64,000 nucleotides of DNA from the human T2T-CHM13v2.0 reference genome, Homo sapiens. The notes under the pieces are model-generated. The model was not told the DNA's origin. It was given only the letters and a program-made list of their open reading frames with translations, and made no database searches. The DNA lies in the NCBI RefSeq assembly GCF_009914755.1, contig NC_060932.1. One strand, written 5' to 3'. A program made the translations under genes and the position numbers. Each line of letters starts with the position of its first letter. Positions within the stretch are counted from its first letter, which is position 1. Shown piece after piece: positions 15,705-28,086 of this stretch.

Positions 15705-18700
15705 AAAAAATAAACTTACTTTTAGGGAATATTTAGATTCACAGTCAAATTGATCAGAAGTTACAGTATTCCAAAATACCCCCTGCCTCCATTCACGCAT
15801 AGCCTCCCCCATTCTCAATATCCCCTACCAGAGGGATGCGTTGGTTACAGTCAATGAATCTATATTGACACATCATTATCACCCAAATTCCATGGTTTAC
15901 GTTAGGTTTCACTCTTGTTGTACATTCTGTGGGTCTGGACAAATGGATAATGATATGTATCCTTATTATAGTAGCATACAGAATAGTTTCACTGCCATGA
16001 AAATCCTCTGTGCTCCTCATATTTATCCCTCTCTCTCCCCAACCACTAGCAATCCCTAATCTTTTTTACTGTCTCTATAGTTTTGCTTTTTAAAAATTGT
16101 TACATAGTTGGAATCATACGGTATGTAGCCTTTTCCTGTTCAGATTGGCTACTTTCACTTAGTAAGATGCATTTAAGGTTCCTCCATGCTTTTTCATGAG
16201 GCTTTATAGCTCACTTCTTTTCAGTGCTGTATAGTATTCCATTGTCCACCATACCACAGTTTATTTATCCATTCACCTACTGAAGGACATTTTGGTTGCT
16301 TTCAAGTTTTGGCAATTATGGTTAAAACTGCTATAAACATCCATGTGCAGGTTTTTGTGTGCACATACCTTTTCAACTCCTTTGGGCAAATACCAAGGAG
16401 CACGATTGGTGGATTGTATGGCAAGTGTATGTTTAGTTTCATAAGACACGGCCAAACTGCCCTCTAAACTGGCTGTACCATTTTGAATACCCACCAGCAA
16501 CAAATGAGAGTTTCTCTTGCTCCACATCCTTGCCGGCATTGGTGTTGTCAGTATTCTGCATTTTGGCCATTCTAATAGGTGTGTACTGGTATCTTATTGT
16601 TGCTTTAATTTGTATTTATCTGAAGACATATGATATGGTGCATCATTTCACATGCTTATTTGCTATCTTATATCTTCTTTGGTGCAGTGTCTATTAAGAT
16701 TGCAGGTCCGTTTATAAGTAGGATTGCTGGTTGTATTATTGTTGAGTTCTTTGCATATTGTGAATAATAGTTCTTTGTCAGATGTGTCTTTTGCAAATAT
16801 TTTCTTCCAGTCTGGCTTTTCTGCAAATTCCTTGACATTGCCTTTCATGGGGCAGACATGATTAATGTTAATGAAGTCCAGTTTGTTAATTATTTATTTC
16901 ACAGTTTGTACCTTTGGTGTTGCATATAAAAAATTATCACTATACCCAAGGTCATCTAAGTTTTCTTTATGTTATCTTCTAGGTGTTTTATACTTTTATA
17001 TTTTAATTTAGGTTTACGTTCATTTTGAGTTAATTTTTGTAAAGGGTATAAGGTCTATGTCTAGATTGAGTTATTGCATGTGAATTTTCAGTTGTTCCAG
17101 CACCATTTGTTGAAAAGATTATCTTTGCTCCATTGTAGTGCCTTTGCTCATTTGTTGATTATCAGTTGACTGTATTTATGTAGGTCTGTTTCTAGGCCAT
17201 CTATTCTGTTCCATCTATCTATTTTCCTATTCTTTTGCTAATATCATGCAGTCTTTGTAGTAAGTTTTGAAGTTCAGTAGTAATAGTCCTGCAACTCCAT
17301 TCTTCTTCATTATGGCTATTCTGTGTATTTTGCCACTCCATATAAACTTTAGCATTAGTTTGTGGATATCCACAGAATAATTTTTTGAAATTTTGATTGG
17401 GATTGCATTGCATCTATAGATCAAGTTGAGAAGAACTGACATCTTGACAATATTGAGTCTTCTTATCCATGAGCATTGAATATCTCTCCATTTATTTAGT
17501 TCTTCTTTGATTTCTTTCATTAGAGTTTTGTAGTTTTTCTCATATGTATCTTGTACATATTTTGTTAAGTTTATACATAAGGATTTCATTTTGGGGGTAC
17601 TAATGTAAATAGTTTCGTTTTTAATTTCAAATCCCTCTTGTTCATTGCTTGTATATATGAAAGTAATTGACCTTTGTATATAAATCTCATATCCTGAAAT
17701 CTTGCTATAATCATTTATTAGTTTCAGGATTTTTTTGTTGTTGATTATTTTGAATTTTTTGCATAGAAAATCATGTCATCTGCAAACAAACACAGTTTTT
17801 GTTCTTATTAATATAACTTTTTTTTTTTTTTTGCTTATTGCACTAGCTAGGACTTCCAATATGATGTTGAAAAGCATTGGTGAGAGCATACATCTTTGAC
17901 TTGTTCTTACTCTTACTGGGAAGGCTTCTAGTTTTCTACCATTAAGTATGATTTTAGTTGTAGGTTTTTAGAGATATTCCTTATCAATTTGAGGAAGTTA
18001 CCTTCTATTTCTAATTTACTGGGATTTTCATTGTGAATGGGTGCTGGATTTTGTTAAATTTTTTTTTCTACATCTACTGATATGATAATGTGGTTTTTTT
18101 TCTTGAGTCTGCTAATGTGATGGATCACATGAATTGATTTTCAGATGTTCAGCGTGGCTTGTATACCTGAGATAAATTCCAATTAGTCATGGCATGTAAT
18201 AATTTTCATACATTGTTGAATTCAATTTGCTAATACTTTGTTGAGGTTTTTGCATCTAATTCATCAGATACTGAACTCTGATGTGTCTGTACCTCTGGAC
18301 TGTGAACTTCATGCCTGCTTCTCAGGTTTCTTCCACTTCCCCTTTATGTGGGACAAGATAGCTGAAGTGGGCTGGAGTTGGGTTTTCTCCTCCTCCATTT
18401 GGAAGGCTGGAGCTTGCTGGAGTTGAGTATTTCTTTTCCTCAGGTCAGTTAAGTTCTGATAAAACCCTAGTGGGTTAGGCTCTGGTTAGACAGCTTCCCC
18501 TGAGGGCAGACCCTGTTTAAAAAAAAAAAGAATGCATTGCTCTATTTCAAAATGCTTCCTTTTTTTCTCCTCTTGCCAAAGCGTGAGGAAATTTTTCTCA
18601 GATATTCAATGTAAGAATGTATTAGAGCTCCCAGAGGTAAAACCCATAAAAGTATGGTACTCCCTACTTCTGGATCCTCTGGGAGATTTATCTCTGACTT

Positions 18701-19010
18701 GTTGACACTGAGCCTCCAGAAATAAATCAATGTATAGTTCAGGTTTTCCTACCCTGGCACTGGTTCCAATGGATGTTTCAGCCCATAGGTTTCTGCTCCA
18801 GCAAGTTGTGATTCTCTTTATCTGCCTATCTGTCCCTCCAATTCTGGGGGCAGTAGTTTCCCTTGTGATCTTCCTTCTCTTATGTATCTAAGAAGAAGTG
18901 TTGATTTTTTTTTTTTTTTTTTTTACCATTTCTTCAGATATTTACTTGTTTTTACGATGGAGTGGGGACCTTCAAGCTGCTTCTACGTCAAACTAGAAAC
19001 AAGAAATCCC
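15705..19010 (-). mobile_element. Old LINE-1 (L1MC/L1MD-like), fragmented
   Basis: Minus ORF 17227-17589 (KTLMKEIKEELNKWRDIQCSWIRRLNIVKM) is L1 ORF2. L1M-type 3' UTR at 15.7-16.6 kb. The 18.25-19.0 kb part is less certain. Confidence 0.85.
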
Positions 19011-19679
19011 TGGCATTTTTAATCATGATAACCATCCTATGAAGTAGATGGTATCATAATTTCTACCAGTTTACAGGTATGAAAAATCAGGTACCAAGAA
19101 ATTAAGTAATCAGCCCAAAGCCTCAAAGTTAGTAGGTAATAGAACTACCTAATAGTAGTTCTATTAGGTAGTTAGTAGGTAATAGAACTACTACAAATCC
19201 AAGCCAGTCCAACTCAGAAGCCAGGGCTCTTAAACATTGTGCAATAATATCTCCTTCTCAAGCTGTTTGGAGGTCTAATAGAGTATAGGGAAGAACATCC
19301 AGAAGTTGGGCAGAAATGAAGGGTTTCAAGTGGTCCTGAAATAAGGAGGGTCATGAAAACAGGAGAGGAGTACATGGGTAGAAAGTGGTGAACTTCAGGC
19401 AGAAAAATATAAAAACCACTAGGCCATCAAAGAAATGTGCCAGCTCTTCCTGGAAATAGCTCATAGCTTCCTGAGGGCCCCACCCAGAAAACCACATTTA
19501 ACTTCCTCCTCTACTTAATCTATACCTGCTGTTGCCTCCTGTCTTTCTCCTACCACAGCTCAATTCAGCCTTTTCTGATTTACCAACTGCCGCCATGCCT
19601 ATATGACAACTAGGTACTAAGGAAGATCATAGAAATTAGTGCTTCTAGAATGGCCCTGCAATATTGGCCTATCTAATGT

Positions 19680-20890
19680 GATGACACCCTGGTCCAAGCC
19701 ACTGTCTTCTCATTCCTGATCTCTACAGTCATTTCCTAGCTAGTTCCCCTCATTTACACTACTCCTCCCAAATCTGTTATCCAACCTATAGACAAAGTGA
19801 GCTTCCAAATCATAAATCTATTTATCTCACTGTGTTGTATAATGTAATGCTTGCTTTTAATCATTCTTAGATCACATCCAAATCCTTAACAAGAGGCATC
19901 CTGTGCAAGGTCTTTGTGGGGAGAGGGGACGTGGTTAGCAGGAGAATAGAAAACAAAAGGGACAGTGGAGGATATGAAATTGGAAAGTTACAGGGTCCAG
20001 CATCTTTCAACATTAGCACTCATCCAGATTTGTAATTTTAGCCTCCATTGAGAAATTCTTTGATTCATGTCAGTAAGGGACAACCTCATTCATTCTGAGG
20101 TTCATATGAAAGCTTTGGAGTCATCTTTGAGTTCTCTCTTCCTCTTACACTCAGAATTTGATCTTTCTGTATATGTGACTGCTTAACCTTCAGAATATCT
20201 TAACCAACATTGCTGTCAGCAGCCTGGTCCAAACCACCTACTTCTTACATGGAAAATCATCACAGAGGCCTTTCTAATGATATTGCTGCTTCCCGCTGGC
20301 CTCATACAGTCTGGTCTCCATATGGTAGACAAAGCAAATCTTTTAACACCTAAGTCAGACCACGTGACTCCTCTGTCCAGAACTTTCTAGTATATTATCA
20401 TCTCACTCAGAGTAAAATTGAAAATCTTCACCAGGGCACACAGGGCTCTACTCAAAGCTGCCCACCGCTCTCTGCTCCCATACCTTGTCTGATGTCACTT
20501 CCCTTTTTCTCTCCACTCCAGTGCACTGCTCTCTTTCTTGCTTCTCAAACACTTTAAACATAATCTTACCTTCAGGTTTATATCCTTGCTGTTCCTTCTT
20601 AGAATATCCTGTTCCCAGATATCCACACAACTTTCTTTCCAGTTTCCTTCAAGTCTCAGTTCAAACGTCACTTTATCAAAGAAAACATCCCTGATCATCC
20701 TGCCTAAAATCATCCCCCTCATTGCTCCTTTTCCCATTTTTCTGCTTTAATTTTCCCCTTGTCATATCCTACCACCTGGCACAACATTATTTTGTGTCTG
20801 TTGCATACCTCCCCAACCTACCCCAGTACGATGTAAGCTGTAGAAGTCAGGGACTGTATCTCCTCATTCTCTACTGTATCCTTCATTTTA
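19680..20890 (+). mobile_element. L2 fragments
   Basis: Pyrimidine-rich L2-like motifs (CCTGGTCCAAGCCAC, TAAGTCAGACCACGTGACTCCTCTG, TCAAACGTCACTTTATCAAAGAAAACATCCCTGATC); boundaries approximate. Confidence 0.65.
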
Positions 20891-20907
20891 AGAATCATCC
20901 CTGTTAT

Positions 20908-21243
<336 letters not shown>

Positions 21244-22925
21244 TCAATAAGTGAACATCTGTCAACTTTAAGAAGCTACAGCTTCATAAGACTAGTGTTG
21301 TTCTCCATTAGTCCCCAATGCATGGCAGAGTCTGGCTCATGAAAGACACTTAAAATATTAATAGAAGAGTGAATGAACAAACAATTAGGGTAGCTTATTG
21401 ACTGTGAGATGAGGATCCTAAAACATGTAGCGAAAGGGTCTGGAAATGTGAGGCAGGGTGATCTGCCACCTATGAAGGTCATTTGAGAAGAACAAGTCAA
21501 TACCCCATTTTCAGAGGCCCAAGGTTAGATTCTGGGCTGGAGGATAGACACAGGGTTGAGGGAACATCCTGGAAGTCAGAAGTGTGGCAAAGTTGGGCCT
21601 GTAGGAGTGAGCACTTGATGCTTTATCCCAGGGCATTAGAGCCTATGAGCTCTCTCTGGCCTCTGTTGAGGATTAACATTGGAAACAGTAGGAGGAAGTC
21701 TCCATTGAAGTGTCAAGGGCTTCCATGCAGCTGGAGAAGCTGAGCAGTGCAGAGGCTGGGAATGGCAGTGTCTATGCATGAGGCATTTCAAAGGTAGATT
21801 TTTGTTTTCCCAGGGAAGTTTTTACTTGGGTGGTCAGGGGGACTGTTAGTCCATGGAGAGTTTCCTGGCTTGAACTGAATGTGGATCCAATTCTTCTAAA
21901 GAGGCACTGTGCCTTCCAACATGTTTTATTTCAGTCAGTGCAGGCACAACTGTAGTGCCACATTTTGCTGACCCACCTGAAATGCAAATAGGAAGAGCCT
22001 GCTTTGCTTCAGAGGTTGCCTCCCCTCCTACTCTGCAAGAAGCCAATCAATAATAATTTTACTGAAGACACTAGGTTCCAAGGGACTGAATCTGAAGAGA
22101 TGTCTTGATATAATGAGGAAAAGTAAATGGAGGGTGGAGGAGATGCCATTCAAATTTAAAAGAACATAAACAATGAGTTATCTGTGCTACATATCTGAGA
22201 GGCAGCGTGATGGGAAGGAAAGAAAGCGAGCTGAGCACTCCAGACCAAGCCTTACTCCAGAACCTACAGAATGTGGGGCTTTGAAATGGCACTTAAGATT
22301 TCTGAGCCTTTTTGATCCAAAAAATATTGTTTCCTATATGCTTCTTAAAACTCAATCAAGAGGTTAATAATATTTGCATAGTCTTTTTTGAAATACTCAC
22401 ATGAATTTGTTAATGTAATCTTCTCATTCATTCTACAGAGTAGAAATTAGTGTCATTCTCATTTTATAGAGGAGGAAAGTGAAGATTTAAAAGTTGCAGG
22501 AGCCTACCCCAGCCCTGGTGGTATTGTGGCAACCCAGCCACTCAGCTGTCCTCCTCTCAGAGTTTTCTGCTGTGGAAACCATGCTCCAGGGAGCATTAAC
22601 TATATAGAAAATAAACTAACACCATAAATAACCAGAGAAACCCCAAATATCTCTAAATGTGGAACTCTCTAGTAAGAAACTGGGATTGCAGGAATGTCTG
22701 AATCCTACCCCGTTTCTCAACAACCCCTCTATGAGATATCTGGGAAAATTCATGCTTGAAGATGAAGGAGAAAAGATAAACAAAGGTCTGGAGTTTTCTG
22801 AGCTAGATTGATGCCCCAAAGTCTTAGTAAACTGAACATAAATGGCCCAACTAATAGACTAGAGGGGCTCTCCAATTCTCAGTTTTCTTATCAAACCACA
22901 GAAGAGTTGCAAAAGTGTAGAAGGA

Positions 22926-23003
22926 CACACACACATGCACGCACACACACACACACACAGAGAAAACACATACACAGAGACACAGAGAGAGAGAGAGAGA
23001 GAG
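22926..23003. repeat. Compound (CA)n-(GA)n microsatellite
   Basis: Directly visible. Confidence 0.9.
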
Positions 23004-23116
23004 ACTTCTAGAGGGTCTTTTGTCATAAAGAATGGAAGGAGAGAGCAGAGATGCCCACAGGTAGATAACGTTTCAACAACTGTTGCTCCCATTTAATAGT
23101 CAAATTGAGCACTCCA

Positions 23117-23281
23117 CAGGGCAAGGTGAGGGTGAGGCGAGCAAGGCCCTTCAGGTGAAAATTTTACAGAGGCATGGATTCTCAGATTTGTGACACCTGC
23201 AGGGTCAGCACCTGCGAGTGGGTGCTTCTGGAAATGTTGCACCCTGTGAGCCTCACTTACATTACCCTAGTCCCAGGTCTG
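23117..23281. mobile_element. Short hAT-type DNA transposon relic (MER96/MER91-like)
   Basis: CAGGGCAAGGTGAGGGTGAGGCGAG ... CCTCACTTACATTACCCTAGTCCCAGGTCTG degenerate inverted ends. Confidence 0.5.
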
Positions 23282-23454
23282 CAGTCAGTATCCTAAAATC
23301 AAAACAATTTATCAGTAAATTCTGCTCTTATGGAGGATCTAGGTGAGAAGAGGTGTGGGAACCTGTATCTCCCCACAACCCTAAGCATGGACCTTCCTAT
23401 TGCCTTGCATCTGCCATTCCTCTAGACTCTCAGTCCTTCTCAAACTATACTGCA

Positions 23455-23580
23455 CCTGGGGATCTTGTTAAATTGTATTCTGATTCAGTAGGTCTTGGAT
23501 AGGGCCTAAGATTCTAAATTCTAACAAGCTTCCAGGTAATGTTGATTTGTAATGGTCCACTTACCACTCTGAGCAGCAAT
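23455..23580. mobile_element. MER5A-like hAT-Charlie relic
   Basis: ATTCTGATTCAGTAGGTCTTGGATAGGGCCTAAGATTCT...TAACAAGCTTCCAGGTAATG matches the MER5 core. Confidence 0.7.
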
Positions 23581-23739
23581 GCCTAGAAATGATGGTTCTT
23601 CAAATCCAAGTGATAACCCATAGTAACTAACTCATTAGCTTAGTTCTGCCGTAAAGTCAGAACAAAGCAAGGAGAAACAGAACCTCTGCAGTGAATGGAG
23701 GAATTTCTGAGGGTCACTTGAAAGCAGAAACTCAAGAGC
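23565..23739 (-). ncRNA. Candidate internal lncRNA exon (175 nt)
   Basis: Minus-strand acceptor TTTATTATTCTTTCAG|G at 23740/23739 and a consensus donor GTG|GTAAGT at 23565/23564. Confidence 0.55.
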
Positions 23740-23963
23740 CTGAAAGAATAATAAATACATAAGCTTCTGGATATTTGCAGAAATGTAATAAAGTTGTAAG
23801 ATTCAGGGGCTTATAATAAGGTTGGCTTAAACCAAGAAAATTATGCTTGTTTCATACTGCTTCCATTCCAAACGGCTTCTTTCCAGATAGATAGACCTGT
23901 CCTCCCAAAAAATCTAGTCATCTCATAGAAAGAATCAAATGGCAAATTGAAGCTTTTAGGTAC

Positions 23964-24393
23964 TGTCCTGGATCATTTTGTGTTGTGAGAAAAGAATACC
24001 TGAAGCTGAATAATTTATAAAGAAACGAGGTTTCTTTGGTTCACAGTTCTACAAACTATAAGAAGCCTGGTACCAACATCTGCTTCTGATGACACCCTCA
24101 GGCTGCTTCCACTCACAGTACAAGGCAAGGAAAGGCTGGTGTGAACTGACCACATGGTGAGAGAGGAAGCAAAAGGGAGGGGGGCAGGTGCCAGGCTCTT
24201 TTTAACCACCAGTTCACTTGAAAACTAATGAGTGAGAACTCACTCACTTCTCCTCCCACTCCAGGGAAGGCATTAATCTATTCATGAGGAATCTGCCCCC
24301 ATGACCTGAACACCTCCCATTAGGCCCCCATCTTCAAAATTAGGATCCAATTTCAACATGAGGTTTAGGGGGACAAACATCCAAACTATAACA
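23964..24393 (-). mobile_element. MaLR solo LTR (MST-like)
   Basis: TGT...ACA termini; AATACCTGAAGCTGAATAATTTATAAAGAAA and CCCATTAGGCCCC..TTTCAACATGAG..CAAACTATAACA are MST hallmarks. Confidence 0.85.
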
Positions 24394-24617
24394 GACACCT
24401 TTGCACATGCATCAACTCTGCATAATTCCTGATATCTTACGGGTGCAAATAAAGTGACTCAACATTGATTTAGCTACCATTTTCAAAAGTGTCCATAACA
24501 TTAAGCACAAAAATTTATACCATTACAGAAATAATTTATATTGCATGTATATCTTCTTATTCAAAATTCCTTATTTTCACATGATGTTGTGCTTGGCAAC
24601 CTAGAAGGACATGCAAA

Positions 24618-24765
24618 ACACACACACACACCACACACACACATATACACATGTACAAACACATGCACATACACACAGCAATACTCACATACACACACAC
24701 ACCCATACACACACACATATGCACACACATATACCACACACATACACACACACACCCCACACACA
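24618..24765. repeat. Degenerate (CA)n low-complexity repeat
   Basis: CA/TA-rich tract that produces spurious HT- and CV-rich ORFs. Confidence 0.93.
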
Positions 24766-25547
24766 AAAGCATATCTACAGCCACAGGAAATCCTTGACAA
24801 ATTCATAAGACATTTAAAGTTTTTGAAAACAATTTTATATTGACAAATAGGACAAAAGAGGATTGAGTAGCTGCTACGTAAGAAATATCATGTGAAACAT
24901 GGTAAATCATGTTAGATCAAAAGTATCATTTACTTCTATATCCCCAATTCCCAGGAAAATGTTTCATATACAGCATGTAGTTCATTTCTATTTTAATGTA
25001 TATAAATAAATTGTTGAAAAAAAAACAGAGAAATGGAAATGCCATGGTAATGATTCCATCTTAAAGCAGTATTTTAGCCAGGATTAGGGGAGGAAAGACC
25101 AGGAACAATCTCTACCAGTGGGACCTGGAAAGAGCAGATCAGGGAACAAGTTTTCAAGTAAAGCTTGAACATTTAAGGCAAAACTTTAGTCTTGGTGAAA
25201 TAAAATCTGGGACAGGAAGTGAGAGAAGAGTCCAATTATTTTGGCCAGGCCAGTTTGAAGGGCATCAAGGAAAACCTTCAGAGCAGTCAACATTCCACCA
25301 TTCAGTGTTGACACCAGATACAGCAGGAACTAGCCATGGGCAGGAAACCATTCTTGATTTGGCCATTGCTGGCTAGGGTTCCATGCAGACAGCTTAACCT
25401 TGCCAAATAGACCTGGAGCTGCTAATATTCTCCCTTGTGCTATCTAGGTTTCCTATATATTTTGCCTCCTTGATCCACTAGAACATGGGCTCCATGAGGG
25501 CAAGAATGCCTCTTTTATTATACCAGCATCAAGAAAAGTGCCTGGCA

Positions 25548-26030
25548 ATGGAATATTATGCAGCCATAAAAAAGAATGAACTCCTGTAATTTTCAGTAAC
25601 ATGGGTAAGCTTGGGGGACATTATGTTAAGTGAAATAAGCCAGGCATAGAAAGATGAATATTGCACATTCTCACTCATATATGGGAGCTAAAAAAGCTGA
25701 TCTCATGGAAGTAGAAAGTGGAATGGTGCTTACCAAAGGCTGATAGGGGAGGCGATAAAGAGGCTTGTTAGTTACAAAAATACTGTTAGAAAAAATAAGT
25801 TTTATGGTTCAATAGCACACTAGGGTGATTATAGTTAATAATAATTTATTGTATATTTCAAAATACCTGGAAGAGAAGACTTGGAATGTTTTCCATACAA
25901 AGAAATGATAAATATTTGAGATGATGGATATCCTAGTTACCCCTATTTGATTATTATATATTATATGCATGCATCAAAATATCACACGAACTTCATAAAT
26001 ATGCAGTTATTATGTATCAACAAAAAGAAG
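25548..26030 (+). mobile_element. LINE-1 3' end (L1MA-like)
   Basis: ATGGAATATTATGCAGCCATAAAAAAGAATGAA...CTCACTCATATATGGGAGCTAAAAAAGCTGATCTCATGGAAGTAG. Confidence 0.88.
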
Positions 26031-28071
26031 AGTGAAACAAAATACGTACTCAATAAATATTTATTGCATGAATAAATAAATGAAGTAGAAAAATTAATGA
26101 ACGCATGAATGAACTGAATGGACAGAAGCTTTGTGGGAGGCTTAGAGTACTTCACTTTGAATCAGGAATGATGATGCAGAGTATCAATATATGAAGTCCG
26201 GCTTCAGAAGAAATTAAAAATAATTGAGAAAACATTGCAGAAACATAAGAAAGGTTAAATAAAGATATGAGAATTAACTAGCTAAGTAATAATTTCAGGA
26301 AATGATAAACATTTTTTGCATTTGAAGTCATGTCATTTGATTGGGAAATGAATGTAGAAAAAGAAAGGACAGAGACATGTGGAGTGGCCACCACAACATT
26401 TTTAGAGATGAGGTTTGATAATACTTTTTTAAAAATTTCATGGATCATCAAGATCTTTTCCAAAGAGTCAAAATCATGAAGATTAAAACCACAAGTGTTT
26501 ATTGTCTGATAATGGTATCAACCTTGATTTAAAATTTGCATGGAAATGCCATCAAAAAGGCTATCTTAAAGACATATGTCTGGGCCAGCCTAGCTGAAGA
26601 TATTCCTGAGATTTATAGATTCTTTAAAGTCAAGGCAAACTATTCCAAGATACAAAGAAGCTTAAGATAGAAGGAGAAATGATATCTCAGCAGCACTCTC
26701 TCTCTGAGCCCAGGTCTCCTTACTTCTGGCTCTATAGGCATCAGAAGTTATCTAGAAAGTTGCTCAGCTTTGCTCTGTGTAAACACCTTGGGCTAAGTGA
26801 CCCTCCCACATCTTTGTTTTACATTTATAAAAGAGAGGGTGTGATTAGTTTTTGTAGGCAGCAATTGGCAGAAAGTGGGTCAGTTGGTAAGAATTCTAAT
26901 CAGTCACCTCAGAGGCAGTGAAAATGTCTCATGCTCAACCCAAAGATGGGAACTTTCTTTGATAACACAAAATTTAATTTGTTGTGGCCCCTTACAATGT
27001 CTCCAGGCATGTGTGATATCAACTTGGAAGAGGGGGTGAATTACTGGGACTTTTCCTTTAAAAAGGCACAGGGAAGCACAAAGACATTATCAATTTTTCT
27101 TTATGGGTAACGGTATGTTTTTAAAATAATTTCTTAGTTGCTTCTTACTAAAACCTTTATGTTGATCTGTTAAAACTTAAGACGATATAGAAGTCATATT
27201 CATCTGATAGAGGAGAATTATTGCACATAACTTTCAGGTCATACATAGCTAATGACTACATCATCCTGATGTTTCCCTCTTCTATGGACAAGAGAAAGTT
27301 TCTTTCTTCTGATTAGGAGAAATTGGTCATGAGGACTCAATAAACACAATAATAAAACAAAGCTATGTTATTGTCCTCTCGGTTCTTCAGTGTGAGAGAA
27401 ATAAAAGATAACTTATTAGGAGCTAATGTTGATAGAAATCATTTCATTACCAAGATATGGAAAAGCAAATATATTAATAATTCCTTAATTAGAATTACGC
27501 ATTGCTAGAAAGTTTGAGAATCCTGTGATTGAATTTTAACATCAAGTTGGTCTGAAATTACACAATAGTACTCAATCTCATAAAGATAATAATACAATAG
27601 TGCTCAATAGTACAATAGTATTCAATCTCATAATTTCAGACCAACAACCATCAGGTTGGTCTAAAATTACACAACAGTACTCAACTCATAAAGATACTAA
27701 CAGCAAAACTTGGCTACAGAAGAATAGAAATAACCATGTATGGTTTTGCTGTGACTAATAATTAATAAGGGATAGTGAAGAAGATACATACTTTTATCTT
27801 TAATTTCTCTAAAACCATTCATACATGTAGACATGTAGAGTTTCACATACATATGCAGCTATTCCTGCACACCTGTATATATAATCTTTATAATTATTAA
27901 AACTATAATTAGCTATAGACGTTCAGTTTTAGTATTAAAGTTTACATTTTGAATTTTAAGAGATAGCAAGTAAAAAGGCATATCAACCTTTTCAAGCTGC
28001 CATGAAAAACGAATGAATGTATGAATGAACAACTATTATTCAAAGATAGCGACCACAAGTGAGGCCCTCAT

Positions 28072-28086
28072 TGCCACCTGGTGGCA
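28072..28086. promoter_or_regulatory. Palindromic CTCF-like motif
   Basis: TGCCACCTGGTGGCA; the reverse strand reads TGCCACCAGGTGGCA, matching the CTCF core CCASYAGRKGGC. Confidence 0.65.

Noticed and set aside
24541-24843. His/Thr- and Cys/Val-rich ORFs (also at 11.8-12.1 kb and 22.8-23.1 kb)
   Set aside because: Translations of (CA)n/(TG)n microsatellites
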